Notes: a model not told the origin generated them from the letters alone. Positions 50,370-59,663 are shown, numbered from the stretch's first letter. The stretch: 64,000 nt of DNA from an uncultured Bdellovibrio sp. (GCA_963932905.1 CAWVRN010000002.1:280779-344778), one strand, 5' to 3'. Numbers and translations: made by a program.

Positions 50370-51544
50370 CCTTGCTAAAGTACGTTATCATTTTTTTAAT
50401 TTTATCGATTGCGGGCCAAGTGAATGCGCAGAGCTTGCTTAAAAATATTGAACTTCTTGAAAAGAATTCAGATGACGTAGCTATCCGTATTTTAATTAGA
50501 AAGAATTTTAAAAAGAAACTTACAGTAAAAGAGTGGTTCGAGATCAGAAAAATTTTGGTAAGGCGCCCCAAGGTAGGTTTTGATGCCATCGCCGCCTGGG
50601 ATCGCCAGCTATCTTTGAAGTCTACCGTTTTAGAGAAAGAATCGGACACAGTATTTAGATTCCTAGAGAAAGCCGATGAAATGGCTTTGAACAAAGATTT
50701 TGAAAAAAGTTTCGAAATGTATCAGCGGGCAGCCAAATATCTAAGAACGTCAAATAAAGGCCGTATTCCTAAAGGAAATCAGCAAATTTATTTGAATATT
50801 TTGCATCAAATGGCGCGAACGTTGTACGCGCAAAAACGTTTCCGTGAATCGATGGATGTCTATACGTGGATTCCGCCGGTTTACCCACAAATTCGTCAGG
50901 TACTATTCGAAAAGATGTGGGCAGCATTTAGAGCGGGAAAATATGACATGGCTTTGGGCGCAATTGCTTCGCAGCAGTCGGGATTCTTTTCTGAATTTTT
51001 GCATCCTGAAAGCTATCTATTAAAAATTTATATTTTTAAACGTTTATGCCGTAAGAAAGATTTGGCGTTTACAATTGAAGCAATCAAGCAGTATTTGGCT
51101 AGCTTGAAAAATGGTAAGTTCAATTACTTAGAATGGGCGAAATCAGATTTGTATTACATGTCGTTGGCTCAGCTAGTGGAGTCAAGTAATAACAATTCCA
51201 AAGCGCAACTACAGATAGTTAATCAAAAAGACCGTGATGACGAAATTAAACGAGTGACGGATTCATTGAAGATTCGATTCAAGGCCTATCGCCCAACTTT
51301 ACAGGCTCAACTTGAACGAGTGTATGGTTATGCCTCACTCGCATTAAGCAATGACCAAGAGTTCTTGAAACCGTTGTCTGACTTGCCAGAAGCAAAGATT
51401 TTAGAGAAAAAAGGTTTCGAGCTATGGCCTGCCGGTGATGCAGAAGAATGGTTAGATGAAATCGGAAGTCACGTTTATATCGGATCTTCGCAATGTAAAA
51501 CAGAAAACATGCCCGCGCCACCACCAGAGACAACTAACCAATGA
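50366..51544 (+). CDS. Periplasmic TPR protein, GltC-like (cluster 2)
   Basis: VLFEKMWA.FR, PESYLL..Y...LC and the C-terminal FELWP....EEWLDEIG..Y.G...C match ORF 34897. Confidence 0.72.
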   Translation: MTLLKYVIIFLILSIAGQVNAQSLLKNIELLEKNSDDVAIRILIRKNFKKKLTVKEWFEIRKILVRRPKVGFDAIAAWDRQLSLKSTVLEKESDTVFRFLEKADEMALNKDFEKSFEMYQRAAKYLRTSNKGRIPKGNQQIYLNILHQMARTLYAQKRFRESMDVYTWIPPVYPQIRQVLFEKMWAAFRAGKYDMALGAIASQQSGFFSEFLHPESYLLKIYIFKRLCRKKDLAFTIEAIKQYLASLKNGKFNYLEWAKSDLYYMSLAQLVESSNNNSKAQLQIVNQKDRDDEIKRVTDSLKIRFKAYRPTLQAQLERVYGYASLALSNDQEFLKPLSDLPEAKILEKKGFELWPAGDAEEWLDEIGSHVYIGSSQCKTENMPAPPPETTNQ

Positions 51545-54500
51545 AATCACTAGGGAAGCTGTTACTAAAAATTTCATCAGGAATTTTGATAGGCGCGGTC
51601 GCCCAAGGCCAAAACGCGGCTCTCCCGGTCGCTCCAGCGCGAAATCCCGCGCAATCGGCGCCAGCTCAGGTGCCTGCGGCGGGAACTCCGGCCGCGGCTA
51701 AAAAGCTGGATAGTGCTGGATTGAAGAATGAAGATTCGATGAAGAAACCAGAAGAACTGGTGAAAGCATCAAATCCGAAATCTAAGAAAGAGTCTTTATC
51801 ATCAACAGAGTTAAGCAACGAAGACCCTTCAAAATTAGAAAAACAAATTAAAGCGATTCAGCTTATTTTGCGAAATGAAAAAGACAGAGTTAAAAAAATT
51901 AATCTGTATTTACGTTTAAGTTACCTTCACGTATCTATAGCTAAAAAATATGGCGTAAAGAGAGTTAAAGGTGAAAAAGTTAGTGCTATTGAAGCTAAAC
52001 ATCTAGATGAGGCAGAAAAAATTCTGTCATTCTTGCTGAAAAACGTAGAGAACAATAAACGTATGTTGTCGACCCTATATAACATTAAAGGGTTAGTTGC
52101 CTATGAATTGGATCAACCAGAAAAGACGGTTGAAAACTTTTTAAAATCAATTGAATTAAACAATAAGAATTCGCAGGCCGAAGTTATGTCGATTTTTATC
52201 GGCGAATATTATTTCGAAGTAGAAAAGTACGACGATGCGATTAAGTTCTATCAAATGTTTTATCCGCGTATGAACAAGACGCAAAAAGCATTGAGTGACT
52301 ACAAGGTGGCTTGGTCATATTTAAATAAAAAAGAAATCGATAAGGCAGAACACCAATTCATCAAAATCATCAAAGAACAGCTGGATCGCGGAATTGCGGA
52401 AGATTCGTTCAAAGACTTAGCGTTTATTTTGACTCAAAATAAAGATGAATCTGTCTTGATCAATAAAGTTAACGGATTTTTATCGAATCCGGGTTTAAAA
52501 GGTCGCCTGTATTACTATTGCTTACTTTTCTTCCTTCAAAACTCTAAAGGTGAACCAAAAGAGATGGTATTCAAAGAAGTTCTTACAATTCAAAAAGATC
52601 CGTTAGAAATTCTAAAAATCATGAGTTTAAAAGTTAGTTTCGAGAAAAAAGATATTCCATCGCCATCGATGGTCAATGCGATTTTGAACTTGGATAAACG
52701 TTTAAGTCTGGCAAAAAAGGAAGTGAAAGCACAGTTCTTTAAAAATGATGCGTTCCAATTAGAAGACGATTCCGAGTTTAATATCAGAACTCATATCGAT
52801 GCGTATGCTGGTCGCCTAAAAACTGAAGAAAATATGCCGAAGGCGCAACTAGGTGAATTGGCCGTAAAATTGATCGGAATCCATATGAACTGGTTCCCGA
52901 TGTCTAGGAAGCGCGTTCTGCTGTATCATTTGTGGATCGACACGTGTGTGGATTTAAGAAATTCGCCGTGTTTATTTAACTTAGAGACACGATTTAAAAA
53001 TGAAAAAGATTCTTCTGAATCACGCGAGTTTTTAAAGAAAATTCAAATCGAAATCTTGGCATTGTATGACGATGCTTATGAGAAAGACAAAGTTAAGCAT
53101 AAAACAGCGTTTATCGGCCGTTTAAAAACATTTATCCAAGCCTTCCCAAATGATCCGTTAGCACTACGAAGTCAAAAACGATTGTTCGGCATTTTATTCA
53201 CGGAAAAGAACTACGCAGAGGCATTGCCAATCGGTGAAGCGATTTTTAATGGCGAAAAGACAACCGAAAATGCGCAGAAGGTTCTTTTGATCTTCTTTGA
53301 ATTGCAAAGATACGCGGATGTCCAAAATCATCCGGTTTACTCGACTTTTTCATCGCCGGAAATTACGGAAGTTAAACGGGAAGCCAGTTTGAAATCGGCG
53401 ATGTTAAATTCTAATGCAGGTAATTTTCAAAACTATGAAAATGATATCAAAGCCTATTTGAAAACTAATCCGTCAGAAGAAAAAGCCGCTCTTGTTTACA
53501 CAGATTACTTTAAAAAGCTTGTTGAGTTAGGGCAATTCGAAAAGCTAGATCAAGAATGGAAAGCCTTACCATCGACAATCAAAGCACGCCCGTCATTTAA
53601 CTCGATCCGTTCGCAATTCTTTGATCAGAGTTTGAATACCGGAAACTTATATTTGCTTCCAACATTCTGGATCTACGGTACAGATAAAAATATGAACTAT
53701 CAAGTTCTGCTGAACCGTACGATTCATAATCAAAAACTAACAGCAGTTGATTATGCGGAACTAGAGAAGCAGGATCAAGATAAGCGATTATATTTATTAA
53801 GTATCGTCGCGTACACTGATCCTGAATCTGTTCATGCTCACTTAATTGCGAAGCCAAAAATGTCGGTGGATGAAAAACGTTTGGCGTACACAACATTACT
53901 ATTAACTTATAAGCAACTAACGCCGATGCTTAATTCTGAACAAGTGAAAATGTTCAAAGAATTCGTTTCTGAATTGTCTCAGGAAGACAAAGAAGTGGCG
54001 ATCGAGAAAAATATCAAGAACATGATTTTCCCAAATGCGAAAATGAACCCTAAGACTTATGAAAGCTATGTTGTAAACAATGTCGACAATGTAAAATTCT
54101 TAAGAACAAAAGTGTTAAAAGCGGTGACATCAGCGACTTCGAAACAAAAGATCCGATTGCTTGAAAAAATGGCCGATGTGGAAACAAAAATGGCTGAATC
54201 TATCAAAAAATCGCCGGTCCCGGCAGGCTTGTCAGAGGCCCAATTGAAAGAGTATCAAGGTGGTTTAGCGGAAATGGCCAAAGAGTATGATACTCAAGCC
54301 GAAAGTTTTAAAAAAGCAAAAGTTGAAATTGAAGCAAAATTGAACAAGGACATTGACGACGAAAAGAACAGTCTACTACCGATGAAGACGGCTGAAAGTT
54401 GGACAGTGACTCAGAATGAGAACTTCAAAAAACTACAACCGATTTATGAGAAACTTTCTGTAAAAGCTAGTATCATATTCTTAGATAACTTACTTTCAAG

Positions 54501-54651
54501 TAAGAAGATTGATACGGCAGAATACTACAGTTTAAAAACATGGGTATTCTTCAAGACGGGGATGTCGGAAGCACACAGAAAGTTATATAGAGCTGAACTG
54601 GAGTCAACAGGACAGCAGGCATTAATAGACAAATGGAAGGCGATACCATGA
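51541..54651 (+). CDS. Large periplasmic TPR protein, GltD/AgmU-like (cluster 2)
   Basis: 1036 aa, GEYYFE, YKVAWSY, SPVPAGLS....EY motifs parallel ORF 36452. Confidence 0.72.
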   Translation: MKSLGKLLLKISSGILIGAVAQGQNAALPVAPARNPAQSAPAQVPAAGTPAAAKKLDSAGLKNEDSMKKPEELVKASNPKSKKESLSSTELSNEDPSKLEKQIKAIQLILRNEKDRVKKINLYLRLSYLHVSIAKKYGVKRVKGEKVSAIEAKHLDEAEKILSFLLKNVENNKRMLSTLYNIKGLVAYELDQPEKTVENFLKSIELNNKNSQAEVMSIFIGEYYFEVEKYDDAIKFYQMFYPRMNKTQKALSDYKVAWSYLNKKEIDKAEHQFIKIIKEQLDRGIAEDSFKDLAFILTQNKDESVLINKVNGFLSNPGLKGRLYYYCLLFFLQNSKGEPKEMVFKEVLTIQKDPLEILKIMSLKVSFEKKDIPSPSMVNAILNLDKRLSLAKKEVKAQFFKNDAFQLEDDSEFNIRTHIDAYAGRLKTEENMPKAQLGELAVKLIGIHMNWFPMSRKRVLLYHLWIDTCVDLRNSPCLFNLETRFKNEKDSSESREFLKKIQIEILALYDDAYEKDKVKHKTAFIGRLKTFIQAFPNDPLALRSQKRLFGILFTEKNYAEALPIGEAIFNGEKTTENAQKVLLIFFELQRYADVQNHPVYSTFSSPEITEVKREASLKSAMLNSNAGNFQNYENDIKAYLKTNPSEEKAALVYTDYFKKLVELGQFEKLDQEWKALPSTIKARPSFNSIRSQFFDQSLNTGNLYLLPTFWIYGTDKNMNYQVLLNRTIHNQKLTAVDYAELEKQDQDKRLYLLSIVAYTDPESVHAHLIAKPKMSVDEKRLAYTTLLLTYKQLTPMLNSEQVKMFKEFVSELSQEDKEVAIEKNIKNMIFPNAKMNPKTYESYVVNNVDNVKFLRTKVLKAVTSATSKQKIRLLEKMADVETKMAESIKKSPVPAGLSEAQLKEYQGGLAEMAKEYDTQAESFKKAKVEIEAKLNKDIDDEKNSLLPMKTAESWTVTQNENFKKLQPIYEKLSVKASIIFLDNLLSSKKIDTAEYYSLKTWVFFKTGMSEAHRKLYRAELESTGQQALIDKWKAIP

Positions 54652-55052
54652 AACTAATTTCATTACTAGTTTGTCTGGTGCTAGGAACATCATACGCCGT
54701 TGCACAAGATGGCGATGGCGGGCTGGAATCATTATCTTTACCAGCGGATGAACCAAAAGCAGCGGCCCCAAAAAAGGAAGGCACGGAGTTATCACTGCCA
54801 ACGGGTAATACTGCGACATCCACGGTTAGTAAGTCATCAACTGGTGGATCACTAGGAAAAAAGGAAAATGTTGGTGCAATTTTGGATTTCGAAGGTGAAG
54901 TCATCGAGGGTGAGCGCCGCAGACCCGATCTATTCTTGCAGATTTCAATTGATAATATTAAATTTGATTCATTGATCTATAATAGAGACGATTTTAACGA
55001 TTACTTAGAAGTAGATAGGAAAAGTCGTACGCGATTTTTAAAGATGAAATAA
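54648..55052 (+). CDS. Small exported GltF/CglF-like protein (cluster 2)
   Basis: Signal peptide from ATG 54648; LDFEGEVIEGE..RP.LF...LI..R.DF motif as in ORF 40473. Confidence 0.68.
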   Translation: MKLISLLVCLVLGTSYAVAQDGDGGLESLSLPADEPKAAAPKKEGTELSLPTGNTATSTVSKSSTGGSLGKKENVGAILDFEGEVIEGERRRPDLFLQISIDNIKFDSLIYNRDDFNDYLEVDRKSRTRFLKMK

Positions 55053-55053
55053 T

Positions 55054-56922
55054 ATGAAAGTAATTCTATTTAAAAAAGGGAACAGAGAAATAGGCCGATT
55101 GATTCCTGACAAGCGCACAATGCTTGTTGGTCGCGCTCCTGTTTGTGATTTGGTTATTCGTAAGGAAGACTTAAAGCCAATTCATTTTACTATTGAGTGG
55201 ATGGGTGAAGGTAATTTCGATCCTTACGTTGGTTTTTGGTCTATCGTTGATATTTCTCAAAAAGACACCAGCGCGGGGAAAGACTCCTATAGCGGTGAAG
55301 CGATGATTCTAACTGATTCGCCAACAAAAATTGGCGATTTTGATATTTCTATTGATGAAGAAAAATTGGCCGCATCACCAATCTCTAAAGGGGTCCTAAC
55401 ACGTTCCCTGGATATCGAAAATACCGAAGGAACAACGATCAAACCAGAAATGGATCGTGTTCTGGAGCTGGTGACTTATAATACAGACATCGACGTGGTT
55501 ACGTCGGTGAACCATTTTTCAAAAGATCTTTTGCAGAAAGGTATCAAGATTGGTTCGCTTCCAAAAATTAATTTCAATTATTCACCTCAGTCTTCTAATC
55601 TGTTGACGATTGAAAACATGGGCGAAGAAAATGTGACCGATTTGTACAATCGTGCGGATCGAATTATTGATAAATTTCAAAAAGTAAATGATCGCATTAC
55701 TGTAGATGAAGATGATTTCTATTTATTATATTCGCCCGAGAATGCGTACTATATCCGCTGGGTGAATAAATATGATGTTCAGGCACCACCCTCAGCATGG
55801 CGAAAAGATCCTGTTGTTGTTACACTGATCATCGTTGTCATTTTCATGTTCTTAATGGGGATTGCTATCAAGTTTATTGATACACCAATTTCTGTTGAAA
55901 TTCCAAAACCACAGCGTGTGGCTAAAATCGAAGTGATCGATCTAGAGCAAAAACCAGAAGAAGCGCCTCCATTGCCAGTGTACGAGCAAGAAGCAAAAAA
56001 AGAAGAGCTTCAAGCTCCGCCACCGGAGCCACCTAAAAAAGTGGAAGCCAAACCAACGGATAAGCCAGATCCTAGTAAAAACCAACCGGCAGTAAAAACC
56101 GCTGAAAAAGATGCACCGCCCGCTGCAAAAGTAACTCAAGCACAAGGTAAACGCGCCACGATTAAAAACGTGGATGAAAAAATGGAGTTATCACAAGGCT
56201 TGAATCAAAAAGGTGAGATCAAGAACGTAAACAAAGTCGGTCTACTAGGAAAACTGGGCGGCGCCAAAAAAGCGGGTTCAGGTATCAGTGCCGAGGCCGT
56301 GATGGCCAAAGTTAAACCGACAGATTCGGCATCGGGCGAAACTGGAAAAGTTCAAGTCATTCAACCGCCGACAGGCAAAGTGAACTTAACGAACACAGGA
56401 AAGACCCAAGCGGACGATGATGATGGTCAAGGCCTATCGGCAGCTGCGACAACGCTACAAATGGATAATGTATCTAAGGGAACAAAAATCTCGGGTATGG
56501 CGTCGTCCAAAGCCACGGGAAGTACAGGTTCCGCTGCTTTCGGTGGCAGCCAAAAAGACGGATCAAATTCGATTCAATCTTTAGGTGGCACAGTAGCTCT
56601 AGAAACAAAATCCATGGAAGTTCAAGGTGGTCTAACAAAAGAACAAGTTCGTCAGGCCATTTCGGACAACAAACGCGCATTAAGAAACTGCCACGAGCAA
56701 TTTTTAACATACAAAAAAGATCTTGGTGGCCGTATCGTGCTACGCTGGAAAATTAATGGAGAAGGCCCAGTTGATACGATCAGCACAACCGCATCGAACA
56801 CGGCCTACCCAAACTTTGATGCGTGTGTAACCGACGTAATCAAAAAGATTATTTTCCCTAAGGCTCCGAACGGGAATAGTACGGTAGTAATCTACCCATT
56901 CCTCTTTCAACCAAAACGCTAA
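55054..56922 (+). CDS. GltG/PglI-like protein: degenerate FHA, TM, Pro/Gly-rich linker and TonB-C-like domain (cluster 2)
   Basis: VGRAPVCDLVI..H N-terminus, one TM, PPPEPPKKV, LRNCHE...GRIVLRWKI...G...CV....I.FP.......YPFLF. Confidence 0.8.
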   Translation: MKVILFKKGNREIGRLIPDKRTMLVGRAPVCDLVIRKEDLKPIHFTIEWMGEGNFDPYVGFWSIVDISQKDTSAGKDSYSGEAMILTDSPTKIGDFDISIDEEKLAASPISKGVLTRSLDIENTEGTTIKPEMDRVLELVTYNTDIDVVTSVNHFSKDLLQKGIKIGSLPKINFNYSPQSSNLLTIENMGEENVTDLYNRADRIIDKFQKVNDRITVDEDDFYLLYSPENAYYIRWVNKYDVQAPPSAWRKDPVVVTLIIVVIFMFLMGIAIKFIDTPISVEIPKPQRVAKIEVIDLEQKPEEAPPLPVYEQEAKKEELQAPPPEPPKKVEAKPTDKPDPSKNQPAVKTAEKDAPPAAKVTQAQGKRATIKNVDEKMELSQGLNQKGEIKNVNKVGLLGKLGGAKKAGSGISAEAVMAKVKPTDSASGETGKVQVIQPPTGKVNLTNTGKTQADDDDGQGLSAAATTLQMDNVSKGTKISGMASSKATGSTGSAAFGGSQKDGSNSIQSLGGTVALETKSMEVQGGLTKEQVRQAISDNKRALRNCHEQFLTYKKDLGGRIVLRWKINGEGPVDTISTTASNTAYPNFDACVTDVIKKIIFPKAPNGNSTVVIYPFLFQPKR

Positions 56923-56926
56923 GACC

Positions 56927-57049
56927 GGGGATCGCGGAAATGGCCGTGATCCTTCGTTGCCTTCGTCGGCCCACTTGTGCGACGTGGCTGTGCCACGTCT
57001 CCGCGGAGCCTCCTCGTCGCCTCGGCTGACGGCCATTTCCGCGATCTCC
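56927..57049. repeat. GC-rich palindromic REP/MITE-like element
   Basis: 21-bp terminal arms (GGGGATCGCGGAAATGGCCGT / ACGGCCATTTCCGCGATCTCC, one mismatch) and an inner GACGTGGC-TGT-GCCACGTC hairpin. Confidence 0.75.
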
Positions 57050-57143
57050 TCATCTTTTCAAGAGTAGATTTTTCTTCTAAGCATAAATTCGAAAACCATA
57101 CGGTTTTTCGAATTTACGCTTAGAAGAAACAACGGAGCCAAAA

Positions 57144-57220
57144 ACGGTACGGCCGCGGACACGGTTCGGTTTAGGGTTGCGGTTGAGGTTGCGGTGACGG
57201 TTCCGGTACGGACACGGCTC
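57144..57220 (+). repeat. Degenerate hexamer (NNGGTT-like) tandem tract
   Basis: ACGGTT CGGTTT AGGGTT GCGGTT GAGGTT GCGGTG ACGGTT CCGGTA. Confidence 0.65.
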
Positions 57221-57307
57221 CCCGCAGATCGTCTTTTGAAAAGAAAAACCCACAAATCTGTCACCAGACTGTGGGTCGAATAAAACTCTATCAATTATAC
57301 TAAACCG

Positions 57308-58417
57308 TTAAGCAGCGTTCATCTTCGCTAAGTCATCCAGCCACTGACTTAACTTCTGCAAATTCTTTTCATCGGCTTTAGCGAATGAAAAGCGGCAAGG
57401 ACTTTTTAGATCGCCTACAGGATGGCAGCGGAAAAGAATACTCTTCTTTCCAGTAGGATCAGAAACGTAAACTTCGATTTCTGAGTTTAGTATGTCTTGC
57501 GGTATATTATTCTCCACCCAAATTCCGCCCAATGAAATGTCTTTAGTGAATGTCATAAAGGCTTTTGATTTGTTTGTGATAATCGTACGTAAGCGACCCT
57601 TAATACGCGGGTAACGGCGATTGTGTTTCTTAGAAGCATTGTTCGCAGCAGCTGCGTCCGGAGTGGTAGTTTGCAGAGTAACTGGTTGTGGAGGTGCTGT
57701 TTTTTCTAATACGGGAAGTTCTTTTGTGATCGTCATATCGGGGACAGGATCAAACTTGCCGGTAACGGGTTCAACTTCAGTAATATTGATTTTTGACGTA
57801 TTTTCAGGAACAGCAGCTGTGATTGCGGTTTGTGTTTTCTCAAAATCAGCACCAGATGTTTCTACTTTTACTGTGCCTTCCGTAACTAACTGAGTTGATG
57901 CTGAAACTGTTTTTTCGAAATCAGCCGCTGTCGTGTCGACTTTAACGGTGCCTTCAAATTTATTAACTTCATCTGCGTTTTTGCCATCATCTTTAATAAT
58001 TTTAAAACCAGTGGAGTTCAAGTGTTTATCTTTTAAGGATTCATCAAAATCAAATACTTGTCCTGAAAAACCAGAAACTACGAATTCTGTTTTTTGTTCT
58101 GTCGGCAATGGTGGCGGTGTTAAGCTAGCCGGAGTTTCATTGAACTCAACAACTTCGAAATCTTGGGCTTCGCTACGTGCGCGTTGGTTGAATAGATCTT
58201 GCCATGCCGGCATAGGTTGATCTTCTGTCCATGTGTTGGACATCCATTCGCGAACTTCATTGGCGCGACTAACTTGCTTCCATTGAACGATGCCAGGATA
58301 CCAGCAAAACCAGTTTTGTAGATCGCCGCCTTGCTTTAGTTTATTCACCATTTCTAACCGAGTAAGGTTAAAAAAGGTACCCTTAGATTCAATATGGACT
58401 AAATGATATTTGGCCAT
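57308..58417 (-). CDS. PilZ-domain protein with an N-terminal GYF_2 (DUF4339)-like domain
   Basis: C-terminal RRYPR and DISLGG c-di-GMP motifs; N-terminal W.CW.PG...WK..S...E pattern; long Thr-rich linker. Confidence 0.8.
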   Translation of the reverse strand: MAKYHLVHIESKGTFFNLTRLEMVNKLKQGGDLQNWFCWYPGIVQWKQVSRANEVREWMSNTWTEDQPMPAWQDLFNQRARSEAQDFEVVEFNETPASLTPPPLPTEQKTEFVVSGFSGQVFDFDESLKDKHLNSTGFKIIKDDGKNADEVNKFEGTVKVDTTAADFEKTVSASTQLVTEGTVKVETSGADFEKTQTAITAAVPENTSKINITEVEPVTGKFDPVPDMTITKELPVLEKTAPPQPVTLQTTTPDAAAANNASKKHNRRYPRIKGRLRTIITNKSKAFMTFTKDISLGGIWVENNIPQDILNSEIEVYVSDPTGKKSILFRCHPVGDLKSPCRFSFAKADEKNLQKLSQWLDDLAKMNAA

Positions 58418-58446
58418 AATTTCCCTTTTGTTTCTATACTTTGAAT

Positions 58447-58473
58447 CTATCGGCCGGTAAAAGAATGACTTAA
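58447..58473 (-). promoter_or_regulatory. Putative sigma28 (FliA) promoter of the PilZ gene
   Basis: Minus strand TTAA-N15-GCCGATAG, about 30 bp upstream of the start codon. Confidence 0.6.
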
Positions 58474-58538
58474 ATTCCTGGATGATTTCTTTGACAAGAG
58501 TCTTGAATTTCAGACTAAAGTCCTATAGATCTTGGTCC

Positions 58539-59036
58539 ATGGATTTAAATCAATTAATTAGAACTGTTCCCGACTTTCCAACGCCAGGTGTGTATTTTAA
58601 AGATATCTCGCCTTTACTAGCCGATAGTCGAGCTTTGCAGTTCACTGTGGATTCCCTTGTGGAAAAAATCGATCTTAAAAAAATCGATGCGTTTATAGGA
58701 TTGGAATCGCGCGGATTTATTTTTGCCAGCATGATGGCGGCAAAAGCGAATAAAGGATTTATTCCTTTTCGCAAAAAAGGTAAACTCCCGCCACCGGTGA
58801 TTGCAGAGTCCTACAATTTGGAATACGGCTCGGCAACGTTAGAAGCTCAGTCTGGCAGTGGCCGAGTTGTCATCGTCGATGACGTGTTGGCAACAGGTGG
58901 AACGTTGGAAGCAAGTATCAAGCTAGCGACAAAATGTGGTTACTCGGTGGAAGATGTGATCGTTTTGATCGATTTGACTTTCCTAAATCAATTTCGTTTT
59001 AAAAATAATAGAATAAAATCGCTGATCGCCTATTAG
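58539..59036 (+). CDS. apt: Adenine phosphoribosyltransferase
   Basis: IRTVPDFP.PGV.FKDI, ESRGF, RK.GKLP, Y.LEYG, VDDVLATGGT. Confidence 0.95.
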   Translation: MDLNQLIRTVPDFPTPGVYFKDISPLLADSRALQFTVDSLVEKIDLKKIDAFIGLESRGFIFASMMAAKANKGFIPFRKKGKLPPPVIAESYNLEYGSATLEAQSGSGRVVIVDDVLATGGTLEASIKLATKCGYSVEDVIVLIDLTFLNQFRFKNNRIKSLIAY

Positions 59037-59291
59037 TGACTTATCCAAATTTTTTGTTTCAATAGAATACGTAGCGTATCGAAACGATCGTATCCTATTG
59101 CATTTCATGTCTGTTCTCATTTTTGGATGACTCAGATCCAGAATATTTTGACCAAATCGTCCTAAAAAATCACAAAATTTTTCAAACATTTCCCATAAAA
59201 AATTTTGTCTAAGAACTGCTAATGACAGGGCTTTTGGCTTCCGATTGATAGTTATCAGATCAGGTTTCTGATAGCTAATGTAGGAGGAAAA

Positions 59292-59663
59292 ATGAAGTTG
59301 AATTTCGACTTTAAACATCTGGATTATTCAAAAAGCTTAGAGCTGTATGTCCAGGATTGTGTCGATAAAATTGCCCCGATGTTGTTGAAGCAGAATAGTG
59401 GAACCGTGTTCCTTAGCAAAACCAAAGGTCAATTTCACGTTGAAATAAACATTCAGACGCCTCAGCGCTATTTTAAGTGCACGGCTAGCCATTACGATGT
59501 CTATTCTGCTGCGGATTTAGCCATTTCTAAGCTGGAAACTCAAATTTTAAAGGTCCGTAAAATTAATCAGAACCATAAAAAAGCAGAGCTGTCCAAGCAC
59601 GGTAAACTGGAGCAATTAAACTCCCGGTTTGAATACAAAACGAAATACCGCAAAGCTGCATAA
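59292..59663 (+). CDS. hpf: Ribosome hibernation factor HPF/RaiA
   Basis: FKHLD.S.SL..Y, D.YSA.DLA..KLE.Q..K; AGGAGG SD. Confidence 0.78.
   Translation: MKLNFDFKHLDYSKSLELYVQDCVDKIAPMLLKQNSGTVFLSKTKGQFHVEINIQTPQRYFKCTASHYDVYSAADLAISKLETQILKVRKINQNHKKAELSKHGKLEQLNSRFEYKTKYRKAA

Noticed and set aside
57144..57220. CRISPR array
   Set aside because: Units are 5-6 bp with no spacers; no cas genes or 25-45 bp repeats were seen in the window.
56740..57294. Minus-strand ORFs 56740..57036 and 57058..57294
   Set aside because: They derive from the palindrome and hexamer repeat or lie antisense to the GltG-like gene; low-complexity translations with no family features.
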